Position numbers and translations under genes: made by a program
Assembly: GCA_028534125.1 (NCBI GenBank)
Contig: CM052816.1
Span: 48,796,001 to 48,860,000 of the forward strand
DNA: 64,000 nt
From: Lama glama
Lineage: Eukaryota
Reading direction: 5' to 3'
Notes under the pieces: generated by a model
Seen by the model: the letters and a program-made list of their open reading frames with translations, nothing else
What the model was told of the DNA's origin: nothing
The model's database searches: none
Shown: positions 39,151 through 52,066 of the stretch, piece after piece
Layout: each line of letters begins with the position of its first letter
How positions within the stretch are numbered: position 1 is the first letter of the stretch

Positions 39151-39903
39151 TCATATTCTTTTTCATTAAAGGTTAGTACAAGATATGGAATATGGTACCC
39201 TGTGCTATACAGAAGAAGTTGGGCGTTTTATCTATTTTTATATATAGTGGCTAACATTTGCAAATCTCAAACTCCAAATTTATCCCTTCCCACCTCCTTT
39301 CCCCTGGTAACCATAAGATTGTTTACTATGTTTGCAAGTCTGTTTCTGTTTTATAGATGGGTTCATTGGTGTTCTCTTTTTTCCTGTTTTTAGATTCCAC
39401 ATATGAGTGATATCATATAGTATTTTTCTTTATATTTCTGGCTTACTTCACTTAGAATAACAATCTGTAGGTCCATCCACGTTGCTGCAAATGGATTATT
39501 TTATTCTTCTTTATGGCTGAGTAGTATTCCATTATATAAATATACCACAACTTCTTTATCCAGTCATCTGTTGATGGACATTTAGGTTGCTACCATGTCT
39601 TGGCTATTGTAAATAGTGCTGCTATGAACATTGGGGTGTATGTATCTTTTCTAATTAGAGTTCTCTCTGGATATATACCCAGGAGTGGGATTGCTGGATC
39701 ATATGGTTAGTCTTTTTTAAATTTTTTTGATAAGTGTCCATACTGTTTTCCATACTGGCTGCACCAGACTACATTCCCACCGGCAGTGTAGGCAAGTTCC
39801 CTTTTCTCCACACCCTCTCCAGCATTTATTGTTCGTGGACTTTTGAATGATGACCATTCTGACTGGTATGAGGTAATACCTCATTGTGGTTTTGATTTGC
39901 AAT
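39150..39903 (-). mobile_element. Younger lineage-specific LINE-1 3' fragment lacking its terminus
   Basis: ORF 39717-39938 ([55 protein letters not shown]) is the L1 ORF2 cysteine-rich C-terminus; 3' UTR resembles that at 19540-19920. Confidence 0.95.
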
Positions 39904-39949
39904 TGAGACAGAAGAAATAACATTTCAATTATGTTCAAATATTTTCAAG

Positions 39950-40045
39950 TATGTTATTGTGAGAAGTTATTAAAATCAGCATAAACATTAGTTATAGTTC
40001 CTGGCACATGAAAAATTCTTATAAATGTTAACCATTGTCTATTAT
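39950..40045 (+). mobile_element. MIR 3' fragment
   Basis: gttattgtgagaagttatt...atagttcctggcacatgaaaaattcttataaatgttaaccatt. Confidence 0.55.
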
Positions 40046-40914
40046 TTAATACTTTATGTTCTCTTTCTCATTTTCACTTTTATACTTCTCATTATTTTTA
40101 TTATTACAACACTCATTAATGTCATTATTTCCATTCTCTGCCTAGCTTTTATTTACCCTATAGGCAATAGGTAACATTTATGGAAAAAAATCTAAGTGTA
40201 GTGGACACCTTCATAATCATTTAACAAAACATAGAAACCAAAATAAGGTCTTATAATCAATTGCTTACAAACCATAAATTCATACATTGTAACACTGAGA
40301 TTTGACCAAAAACAAAAAATAGTTCACCTCTCTGGCACAAAACTGAAATCAACTGAGATAAATATTAAAAACACGATGTAGGTTTAACTTTTCATGATTT
40401 CTCTAAAGATATACAGGCAAATTTATTCATTAGTATTTAGAAGAAATTTAACATGCTTATAACCTGGGATATTTATCTCAGAGAATATAAAAGATGCCAA
40501 AAGGCCTATAACCAATCTTTTATTAGTTCTTTCCACTTGTTATCCCAAGAAGCATCAGTGAATCAATGAAAACCTATTGCAAAAAAAGAGATTTGTCTTG
40601 AATTTTTTAAAAAAATATTTCAAATCAATAAAATTGTGTGAAACTGAATTGGCTCATTTAAGAAGGTAGTTGAAGTCTTATCGTAAGAATGTTCAAGCAA
40701 AGATTTGAATAGAAACAGTAACTTCTAACTCTTGTGTTTTGAACTCTTTCCAATTCAACTTAGATTTCTTCCTTCTTAAAAGCTAGATCTACAGTCTACT
40801 TGAAGAGGGAGAGAGAGAAGAAAAAAAGAAAAACCTCAGAGCAATAAATTAAGTAACATAGAATTTTCATTTCAGAGAATAACTGTGATTTAGGATTTAG
40901 GACGAAATACAATA

Positions 40915-41045
40915 ATCCACTTGTATTAAGTAGATATGGTATACCACTTTTTTTTTGCTATGTCATGTCCTTTACATGTATTATCACTTCACCTCTCCCC
41001 AAAAGTAATGAGGTTGTTATTATTGTGCTGTTTTACGGATAACTA
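40915..41045 (-). mobile_element. MIR fragment
   Basis: ctttacatgtattatcacttcacctctcccc...atgaggttgttattattgtgctgttttacggat. Confidence 0.6.
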
Positions 41046-41525
41046 CAAACAGAATCATTGCACATAAAGATATCCAACTGGTACAAGGGACAAAATGAAG
41101 ACAATAACGTTGCAAAGTTATGTATTTAAAGAGTTAAGTTCATTATGGATGAGAAAGTAGCTTAAACACTGGCAGAGAGAGATGGGAGTTAGCATGAAAG
41201 ATTGGGGACAGACAGGAAGTTGACTAAGTCTCACTGTGGTGTAGTAAGATTAAAATGCACAGATAGCAAAAATTATGGATATCCAAGATAAGTATAAAGA
41301 GGAACTTAAGTTAATGAAATAATTGGAAGAGACTTCTAGACCATGACAAGGCAAATGAAAATATTAATTTGGGAAAATTAGAAATAAAATGAAGAATAGA
41401 TTGAAGTAAAATGATTAACTAAAGATGATGGCTTTGTTAAACATTTATGGCAGGTGGTCAATAAATGAGAGTAAGAAAATTATGTCATTGAATTCTAAGA
41501 AGTGGAAATACAATTATTTTCTATC

Positions 41526-41552
41526 AAATGATAGACAATCTTAAAAAACAAA

Positions 41553-41584
<32 letters not shown>

Positions 41585-41598
41585 TGATAGACAATCTT
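41526..41598 (+). mobile_element. Poly(A)-only retro-insertion with 17-bp TSD
   Basis: aaatgatagacaatctt at 41526-41542 and 41582-41598 flanks 39 nt of A/CAAA sequence. Confidence 0.85.
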
Positions 41599-42140
41599 TA
41601 CTGACAATTCGTCTATAGAGAATGAAAGGGAAAAGGTATTATTTTAAAAGATACATTCTGATTGTAAAACATGTTTTTTTGTACCTTCAAAGATAATTCT
41701 GTGATTTTATGGAATAAGGAGGGGTAGTATCAATTTTACAGCAGCTCAAAAGTTCACCAGTGTTATGGACAGTTTGATAACTGTAATACCAAGAACATTG
41801 TACTTGTCATTTAGTTGAAGTTTCTTCTAAAATATATTTTATAGAGAGAAATAGCTAGAGAAAATGAAAGAATGCTAGGTCATAAAAGTCAACCAGGATA
41901 AGGAATAAAATTTTAAAACTCACCTTCAGTCAGCCCAACTGAAAAACCAAAGAAAGAAAAAGTGAAAATTACTTACCATGGCCAAAGAATGGCAATTGTT
42001 GGCAGTTTATTCTCAGAATAATTGGAGATTTATGATGAAACTTGACAATATATGGAAACATTTTAAAGGCTGTATGTTGGTTACTGGTGTCACATGTTTG
42101 CACACAGTTGATTCTGTCTATATAGTATAACTATATGTAA

Positions 42141-42176
42141 ACACACATACATACATACATACATATATATATATAT
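42141..42176. repeat. (CATA)n(TA)n simple repeat
   Basis: acacacatacatacatacatacatatatatatatat. Confidence 0.9.
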
Positions 42177-45100
42177 GAAATAGGGAATTATGAATAAGCT
42201 AGATAGTTTGGGAAAAAAGGAGTCTTTCATAGTACATCAAGGACAATTCAGAGGTCACATACAATATCCACATAGAAAGTGAATGAAATAGAAAATCTGT
42301 TGCAAGCTGTTCAATAAAAGAGTTGCTTGTTTAATGTCTCCATCTTCTGAGATATGAAGCTTATGCATGACCTGAATAATAAGAATGACATGGTGATAAG
42401 ACAGTGAAGTAAGTTGTACATTGAAAGTAAGCATTGCATGACTGGAACTTAGTAGATTTAGGTTTTAAGAGGTAACTTCCTAATAAAGAATTAGATTTAG
42501 GAAAAGGAAAAGGTATACATAAGAAAAAATTCCCTATGTCTAAGTCTCTGTTTGTCTGCAGTTGGTTATGGGAATTGAGTTGATCTGACAACTGAGTTAT
42601 CAAGAGGAATAAAGTAAAACACCTGTTTTGTTGTCTCTGAGCTGTTATATACGAAGAAAGCTCACAGTAGAAATACTAGAAAATGCTCTTGATTGTAAAG
42701 TTTAATTTGATGCTATAATTTTTGGACTTGTTGAAATGCATTACTTGGTACAACACTACTAATCATGTTCCAGACCTAGAGTCAACTGGAGAGCATTGCA
42801 CCATGCTCAGTATTAATGTTTAGGCCCTCTAATCTTCTGCATAGATGTAAAAATTACAGTTTTATACTATGGAGATGATGTCCTAAACTATATCATGTTT
42901 TTCTTAGATAAAACTTGATAAAAAAATGAATAATTGTTTATATTCCATGTAATATTATGAAAGATATTGATCTACTTGAAGGTGGCTATCTCTAGATGGG
43001 TCATAATATCCCTGAACTAAATATCACAGAAATTACTGTATTCTATTCATCTGTAGCTTTGGTTGATTGGTTAGTAATATTCTTCTACTATATAGTTAAG
43101 AATAAGAGTTTAATATATCAGATATTTAGTTGGTATTTATAGTTGATAATTACTGAGGGGTGATAAATCCACTTGTTCATTATTGTCAGAAACCTCTTCA
43201 TAAGATAATTTTTAAATATTTATTTTCAACTTTCTAATTTACTATAGTTAGATTTGCCACAGGTAATATAGCTGCTAAAATATTTCATGAATTTTTTTTA
43301 ATGAGGAAATTAAAAAAAAAAAAGAAGTTCCCTTTATTCCAGTATAGGAGTCTGTCTTGGGTAAGCAATCTGATTGGATAATGAGTGGAAATTCAAATAT
43401 GCCAAAGAGGACAAGAATATGGCTTCTCTCAAATATGCAGTGGCCAGTTTATTTGTTGAAATGGCCATTGACAAGTGACAGAAAAAGAGATATGAAAGAA
43501 GGAATAACAGAAAATATAAAGTAGAATATTAAACAGAGAAAATTTCAAAAATATATGAGCAGGGAGTTAGCGAGCCAATGGCCATCCTAGTTACTAATAT
43601 ATGAAAGGTAATGGTATAAAATAGGGAAGTCTGACACAGAAGAATAGTGTTTAGTCTAGAGATCACATTCTGGAGTAACAAAGATTTTCTCAGATACATT
43701 CCAGAGAGGTTAATTTATCTTTCCTGGAATCAAAATGGTAAATCTTGAGTGTGTGGTGGCAGAGGGAAGAGTGGATTAACTTTAGATCTTGTATTTCAAT
43801 GTGTGACCTTATGGTGAGGATGATACTCTATGAAATTCCATTACTGGTGGGTATGGGAGAGCCGGATTGAGGGTGGAGGCAGGATTAGAGACATCCTGCC
43901 TGCCCAAGTTTAAGGTTAGTCAGCCAGGGTCCCAAAGCTGTAAAAGTGGTGAAATATGTATCATTGTTCTAGTCACTTGTGCAACAGTAAAAACAGTTTT
44001 ATTTTTATTATATTGAAAAGAAATGGAGAAACATACCATTATTTGCCAAAAAAAGACTGTTCTTGCTCCTTAAATCTCCATGTCTATATTGTGATAAGGA
44101 GAGTTGGGTTTTATGATGCACTTCAAACTTACACTACAAATATATTTTGCTAGAGGAAAGTTTTACTGTTTTTACTACTGTTCTTCATCCACCTATAATT
44201 CTTAAAAACAAGTGAAGTAAGTAAGAGAGCTTGCTTGGGGTAATCTGGGATGAGAATTACATCTATTTATTGGATTTACTTTCTGTATCATCTATTCCCA
44301 CAAAAAATGATTTTTTCTTTTTTATGTCAAGACAGGGTATCTTCAAACCTTATATTTAAAGTTAAATTATATTATTATAGCATATGCTCCAGTGCATGTG
44401 GTATCCCTAAATATGAATACCCCTAGACATGACTGGGAAAACAATGTCTTTCTGGATTGTCTTGCTGTGATTTGAATACTGGACAGGGAGAGAACATAAG
44501 CAACATAAGAAGCTATCACAAAACAATGGGATTAGTGCAAGGTTACAATACATGTAGCTGGAACATGTGAAACACAATACATGTACAATAAAGAATTTTA
44601 CTCCTTCCAAATATATATGCAAATTATCTTCAGGCTTTTTTTTTTTTCTAATCAGCTCCGAAAATGTTTTGAGCCCTCTATTTCTACAAGCCTGAGATTT
44701 CTTCTTGTCAAAATATTTGTGGAAAACACCCCCAATACACACACACACAAACCATACATGAGTCTGTGTGTGTTTCACAACACAAAATATCTGGCAAAGC
44801 ATCATTGTGTGCTTTCTATTCTGTTTTTAGAGCACCTTTAAGAAAAATCTAGTACATCTAAGGCATTCACTCATCTGAGACCCAATTAAGAGCTGTTGGT
44901 TTCTGGTATTCCCTTCTTCACCTTATAGAAGATGTGCCTACTTTGTCTTTGACATTATGTAATTCCGTTTGACCTCTGATACTCTAAGATACTTTTATCT
45001 CCTCTGAAATTGTGCAGTCCATACTCAGTAACAGCATCCCCTATGTTCACGCTTGGGCTACAGAACAACAGAAAGCAACCATGCAGCTGTTAAAGATATA

Positions 45101-45814
45101 GGTATTTACCTCAATTAGGAAGGCTGAGAGAAGAGAAGACAGAAGGCTGTCTTCTGGACCTTCTCATGGAATATAGCTGGGTAGTGGGTAGTGGGTGTAC
45201 AGGTGACAGATGATAAATCCACTCCAACTTTCCAGTATCCTCAAACCTTTTGTTTCTCTTCTCCTTATCACACAATGAAAGTTCTAGTCACTCAACACAA
45301 TAAATGCAGGCCACAGCTGAGCTAAGTTCCATTCAATCTGCTACTGTTAGAGCTACCTCTGGTTGTTTGAGTCATCTCAAGCTGGAAGAGTTAAATTCAT
45401 TATAATCATATATGTAAATATAATCCAATCTAGTGTTATATTTGCCCCAATTTGATTCTTAGAATCCACTTTCACACATATCCCCAGCTTTCTATTGATA
45501 AATGTTAGCAAAGCCTTGGGATTCTTTTGCTGGTTTTTTTTTTTTTTTACTTCCTGCATCATAGTGTGCACCTCTTTGTGTAGTGCCTGATAAGATTTGT
45601 CCCTAGTTTGGAGCCAATGACAAAAATAGAAAGGAGGCCTAAGGTGGTTCTTGAGGAAAACTATCATCCCCTGTTCAGTAATCTAACCTAGATGAGGTTT
45701 CCACAGGGTTTTCAAACTAACAAACCAAAAAAGACCAGTCTCAAAGGCACAACAAAAAATTTTTCCAAATCCCATAATTTGTTTCTTGGAACCATTCCTG
45801 GTATAATTTCAGAA

Positions 45815-46185
45815 TTATTCATGGTTAAATAAGGAGAAAGAAATGACTGAACACTTTGAATAGGGAAAGTTTAATGTTAATAATTATTAAATATAGTGGG
45901 GAATAGTAATAATGTGGGGTTGACTGGTAAGAAGTATGGAGAATCTAAATAATATTAGGAAGGCAGGTATGAAGAGTCGCCACACCCACCAGGACTGAGG
46001 TAGGAGAACAGTGAAACCAGGAGGGGAACACCTTTCCTACTCCTGGTAGTGCCTTCTACCGTCAAAGCTAAATATCCTGCCCTCTGTGAAGGGGAAAATA
46101 CTGACAAAGTCTGGCTTCATTAGTATAGAGAAGGCAATGAGGGATGGATTTGGAGCTGAAAGGCAGTGTATTAGTAACTGAATAC
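45815..46185 (-). mobile_element. Old LTR fragment(s), LTR78/79-like at the right end
   Basis: gggatggatttggagctgaaaggcagtgtattagtaactg resembles LTR78/79 termini; left part has the LTR-like gaatagggaaagtttaat. Confidence 0.5.
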
Positions 46186-49100
46186 CTTATATTATCCCAA
46201 CTAATCTTTACGTAGAATTGAAGACTTAGCTTTTGGCATTTTTCCCATAACATTTCCCTCTTAATGATTGTGTGCTTATGAAGAAGGACAAATTAATTAT
46301 ACAAAAAACTAATTACATTTTTTGTTCACAGTTAACTTGTAGTGTGAGAAATAAAAGGTAAAAATGCTTTGATAACTAAATATATTCTGTATGCTAACCC
46401 TGACTTTAAAGCCAGATAGACCAAGGGGTCATATCCTATTTGGTTAACTCAGGTTACATATTTTAATGTGGACTCAGGAAAGGATTTTATCTGTTTTGCT
46501 TATTGTGTTCCTGAATGTATTTCCCAAACTTCTGTTCATGCTTAGTCACTCTTGGATATGATTAAAATATGCAGGCCTGTACTTTCAGAAATTTTAAAGC
46601 AACAAGTCAACAACCTTTGCAGCCAAAGTTTCCTTCTCCCCTTATAGCTAGATGGAAACTTGAAAAATACTGTATTTTTCTCCTTATATATATACTTATA
46701 ACAGAACTGGTCTCAAGGTAACTTTTTTTAATGTTGATTTGTATTTCTTGTTTATTTGATTAATTCACTATGAGCCATATTTATAGCTCCTTAGAATCTT
46801 TGACAAACATAATGCAATTGAGCATGCTATATAACCTACCCTAATATAACATCTATTGACCTTCTTAAAAATAAACCTTGCTGTTTTCTCATTATGCGTT
46901 TCTATATGTTAACTGGATATGTTATATCAGGAAAATAATATCTATTCATTTATTTCTATTTATGCATCTTATTTTATTTGATTTTACCCTTGACACACGT
47001 AATGTCTTCCTTTGATTTTACTCTGTCCTTATTCTTCTCTAGACTAGCCTAAAAGTTAATTTTCACATTTCTTACTATCAATTTCAATGGAATAATGTTT
47101 CTCCTACTTGTAAGTTTTGTTTTTGCTATTTTGTGGAGTTTCCTGAGAATACTATTTCAGCAGTCTCTTCATGACACAGCTTGACACTTTTAATGATGCC
47201 AGGGCCACACTTCACTAAACCATCCCTCTCTTGTCCTCATGTGCAGAGAGTATTTACAAATACTGACAATCTGATTTCCAATTTGTCCACGCTAAAAAGT
47301 AGCATCATTAGACTTCAGAATAAGTACTTTGTAAAGTGTATTTGAAGAATGCTCCAAACACATTGCTAATGATAAGCAACTGCACTAAAGTTGAAAATTA
47401 TTATAAAAATGCCCATTAATAACACTGTCCATAAAGTGACCTTTCATGGAAATGAAAACAAAAACATAGTTCTGAAAACTTCTCTTTCAATAAAGAAAAA
47501 TCTCTGCTCTGGTGTTCTAAAACTTAAAGAAAGCAACTTAAAACAAATGTCCACTGGTGTAATGCCCCTCCCTTTTTCATTAATATTATCTATCCTTGAA
47601 TAACTCTGACTACACATTCTAATTCCTCCAAAAAAAAAAAGGCAAAAACAAACAAAAATAAACCAAAACTAGCTGATAGATTTTAAAAAGGAACAGAAAG
47701 TCATTAATATTTAGTGTATGTGGTTCATTAACCTCCTTAAATGACTGGAAAATCAGAGAGATTGAAAATTCCTTCTTATAGTTAGATTATTTGTCTTTTG
47801 TTATAGAAAGTTTAACTGTACCTTTGAAATCTTATAAATTTACACATGCTGTTGTAGGTCTTAAACATTCTGCCTTGGAATCACATTGTCAATACATAAT
47901 TTGGTAACATTGCATACAAATTTTACAAAAATGTAGTAATATAAACTGGGCAACAAAGTAAGGAAGATTGGTATGTTTCAGTGGTTAAACATATATTAAA
48001 CCATTATAAGTGATTTTTGAAATTTTTATAGTAAAAGCAATGTTATTGAGTAAGTAAATTTTGTCTTTCTTAAAGACAAATATTAAAAACGTTCTGTAAT
48101 TGGGATAAATTCATATTTATTCTAGTAGAAATATATTGGGTGCAAACTTTTCCCCAAAGAAATCTCAGCGAACACACGAACTTACAAAATATGAACAATA
48201 AAGTATATCATTTAGCAGTGTACATATTTTTTAAATTATTGAGTTTAAACTTTATTTTTAGCTGCTGAGGCTCAGTTATCTTCTGTAGAAAAAATTTTAA
48301 CACAAAATTTGAAAAAAGAAAAAAAGGGTTTAGTGAGGTATCAAGAGCTATGATAAGTGCCTGTCATATATGGCTTGGCTCATTCTTATAACTATTAATT
48401 TTTGATAATGAGAATCATAGAATTTAATGTATGCTTGACTCTCTCTTTGCTGTAGGTAAGTGAGTAGGTGGTGTTGAACTGAGCCAATCTAAACCAATTT
48501 CATCTCTACTCACTGTATATTTAGGTATAATATAAGGCAAAGTGGTTTTTAAAAATAACTTTGGTAATATTTGATGCATTTTAAAAGAAACTGAGCTCCT
48601 AAAATGTATTATGATTATGTACCACATACTAAAGTTTTTAGATTTACAAGAAGTAGAGCAACGATTTGTCAAGGATACCTTCAATAAGGGAAAAATAATC
48701 TTTTCATAAGAGATTCTTATTATTCTTAAGATTCTTATTCTTTTAATTTTTTTGAAGAATAAAAGTAAAAACTTAGGAATGACACCTCTGCCTGCTCTCC
48801 ATGGCCTACCCCTCAAGAGAGGGAAGCAAGATATAACTAAAATAAAAACTCTTGCAGACCCCACTGTCACAACCTGACTAGGCTCAGGACATTGAGAAGT
48901 ATCAGGAAAGATCTCAATCTTACTTTCTTTTATTTTGTGAACCAGCAGAGTTTGTATCCCTGCTTTAAAATTGAAGCGCCCCAAGGTTATCTTCATAATG
49001 TGGACCGTTAAATCAAGAATAGTTGTTTTGCTTCTGGGATTATGGGACAACTAAAGAGTGAATGGAGCATAGCTTCTTGACTGACAATTTACCTATACAC

Positions 49101-50346
49101 ACATATAGATATATACACTTGGTTTTTGCCGTAATAGGTTCCCTCCTACTTTCTTTTCAACTCAGACCGCTGAATCAAGTATTTAATATTGGGGGCTGGT
49201 TTGTTCCTTCTTTCTTTGGCTTGAACCTAGGAATTTTTCTTAGCAAAATTTGAACATGGAACATATAACAACCTTTAAGTTTGGAAGACTATAATAATAA
49301 ACATAATATACCAACTACATTTTAAGAGACAGCAGGCATCCTGAGGACTGAGGAATAAATACAATGTGAGAATCATGATATTATATAGGGAATATCTAAT
49401 TTATGTTATAAACAAAATTTGAGACATTGATAACATTTTGAGTTATTCAATTACAAACATAAAAATTCTAAAATCAGCAAAAATTAGATCATAATAAAGA
49501 CGGAACTACCAAATTTTTATCTTATGGTAGATCAAAGATAAGTAATGAAAAATTATAAACATTTTGAAATAAAATAAGTAGTAACAGTATATAAATAACA
49601 CTTATGTAAAATATACATAGAATCTTCAAATAAAACTCACTATTGAGGAAGTATATGGCAAAAATCTGACTATAGTAAGAAAATTTTCAAGCATACTACC
49701 AAATAATGTAAGGGGTTAAAGAAATATAAATACAACAAAAGATTAACTAGCACCCAAACATAAATGCATAAGTCATGAAAGAAAGGTATTCTTTAAAATA
49801 ACCTAAAATATTTAATAATAAAAAAAAATTAGAAAATAACCTTCAATTTTATAACCTAAAGAAGTAGAGAAGGAAGAAATACAACAGCAATGATAAAAGC
49901 AAAGCAATGATTCTTTTGATGTCAATTTAATCAAAATTAAATCCATAGAAGTGTGTCACATAAGGTAAAAAGAAAGTCTAAAATAAACAAATTTCTGACC
50001 AAAAAAAAAATCAACTTGTAAATAGACTGAATTAACTGGTCTTGATAAATATGATTAAAATTTTTACACAATATATTAAATAATGTTTATTTTATGAATT
50101 TAAATTATCCTCTTGAAATTTGGGGGCCAAAGAATGAAGAACAGATGAAAAGGTGAAATTTTATTTATACTCTTTTTCTGTTTTTAACTAGTAACTTGAA
50201 AAAAATGCTTTAAGAGAGCCTATATGTGCTTCGTAAATTTGTGGTAAGCATTGTTTGCTCTAATTTGAAGGGACTTTAGGATTTCAAATACAGAAGTTGT
50301 GGTTTTAAATGATGCAAATTGTATTAAACAAAAAATAGAGAAACTA

Positions 50347-51755
50347 AGGTCTTCTGGTAATTTTTTGATTGGCTTGTTTGGTTTTGTTTTGTTTTGTTTT
50401 GTTTTTTATGTTGAGTTGTGTGAGCTGTTTATATATTTTGATATTAACCCCTTATCAATCACACCATTTGTAAATATTTTCTCCCATTCCATAGTTTGTC
50501 TTTTAGTTTTGTTGTTGGTTTCCTGTGCTGTGTGAAACCTTTTGAGTTCAGTTAGGTCCCATTTGTTTATTTTTGCTTTTATTTCTTTTGCCTTAGGAGA
50601 CAGATCCAAAAATATTGCTACAATTTATGTCAAAGAGTGTTCTGACTATGTTCTCTTCTAGAAGTTTTAGGGTTTCAGTCTTACATTTAGGTCATTAATC
50701 CATTTTGAGTTTATTTTTGTGTGTGGTGTTAAGAAATGTTCTAATCTTGTTGTCTCATGTGTTGTTGTCCAGTTTTCCAGTACCACTTACTGGTGAGATC
50801 GTCTTTTTCTCCATTGTATATTCTTACTTCCTTTGTCATAGATTAATTATCCATAGGTGTGTGGGTTTATTTCTGGGCTCTCTATTAAGACATACAGATG
50901 GCTAACGGACACATGAAAAGGTGTTCAAGTAATCATTAATTATTAGAGTAATGCAAATCAAAATAATACCAAGATCACCTCCTACCTGTCAGAATGGCTA
51001 TTATCAGAAAAGTCTATAAGTAACAAACGTTGGCAAGGGTGGAGAAAAGGGAACCATTGCACACTGCTGGTGGGAATGTAAATCGGTGCAGTCATGATGG
51101 TAAACAGTATGGAGGTTCCTCAGAAAAGTAAAAACTACAACTACCATATGACTCAGCAATTCCACTTTTAGGTATATATCTGGAAAAATGGAAAATATTA
51201 ATTCAAAAAGATATACATACCCCAGTATTCATAGAAGCATTGTTTATAAAAGCCAGGATATGGAAGCAACTCAAGTGCCCATCAAAAGACAACTGGATAA
51301 AGATGATGTGAGATATATAGATATATAATGGAATATTGCTCAGCCATAAAAAGAATGAAACTCTGACATTTGTAGCAATGTGGATGGACCTAGAGAATAT
51401 TACGCGTAGTGAAATAAATCAAAGAAAGACAATTCCTGTATGATATCATTTATACATGGAATCTGAAAAATAATACAAATGAATATATATGCAAAACAGA
51501 AACAGACTCATAGAGCAAACAAACTAGTGGTTGCTAAAGGTGAGAGGGAAGGGGGCAAATTAGGGGTATGGGATTAAGAGATTCAAACTACTATATATAT
51601 AAAATATGTAAGCAAGAAGGATGTATATACAGCACAGAGAATTATAGCCATTATCTTGTAGTAACTTAGTGGAGTATAATTTGTAAGAATACTGAATCAC
51701 TGTGCTGTACATCTGAAACTAATATTGTAAATCAACTATACTGTACTAAAAATAT
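50347..51755 (+). mobile_element. Lineage-specific LINE-1 with twin-priming 5' inversion (50347-50886 antisense, 50887-51755 sense)
   Basis: Minus ORF 50406-50609 (DLSPKAKEIKAKINKWDLTELKRFHTAQETNNKTKRQTMEWEKIF) is L1 ORF2; the sense part resumes at aagacatacagatggc, just downstream in L1 of the inverted segment's left end (cagaagacct). Confidence 0.92.
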
Positions 51756-51851
51756 AAATGAAAGTATATTACTTATTTTAATATTTTTTTCTCCATAAAT
51801 TCACAGTTTTTAAAGTAAATCTTTTCAAACACAGGTTTTGGTAGTGTAGAC

Positions 51852-52066
51852 TGGGAGTGAGCAATTTTCTTTCTGTAACAGGCCAGACACTAAATATTTA
51901 GACTTTGTGGGTAAGATGGTCTCTGTGGCAACTACTCAAATCTGTCCTGGTGCCTCAGAAACAGCCATGGACAACAGTAAACAAATGAGTATTACTGTGT
52001 TCAAATAAAACTTTATTTACTAAAACAAGCAGAAGGCTGAATTTTGACAGTGAGTTATAGACTGCA
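51852..52066 (+). mobile_element. MER58A-like hAT-Charlie element
   Basis: ttctgtaacaggccagacactaaatatttagactttgtggg...ggtctctgtggcaactactcaaatctg...aaataaaactttatttactaaaacaagcag. Confidence 0.9.

Noticed and set aside
38950..39393. 147-aa ORF rich in F/L/S
   Set aside because: It is an antisense reading of two adjacent L1 fragments.
44407..44841. Overlapping 132-aa and 86-aa ORFs
   Set aside because: They include poly-T and (CA) runs, show no recognisable homology, and I found no convincing splice context.
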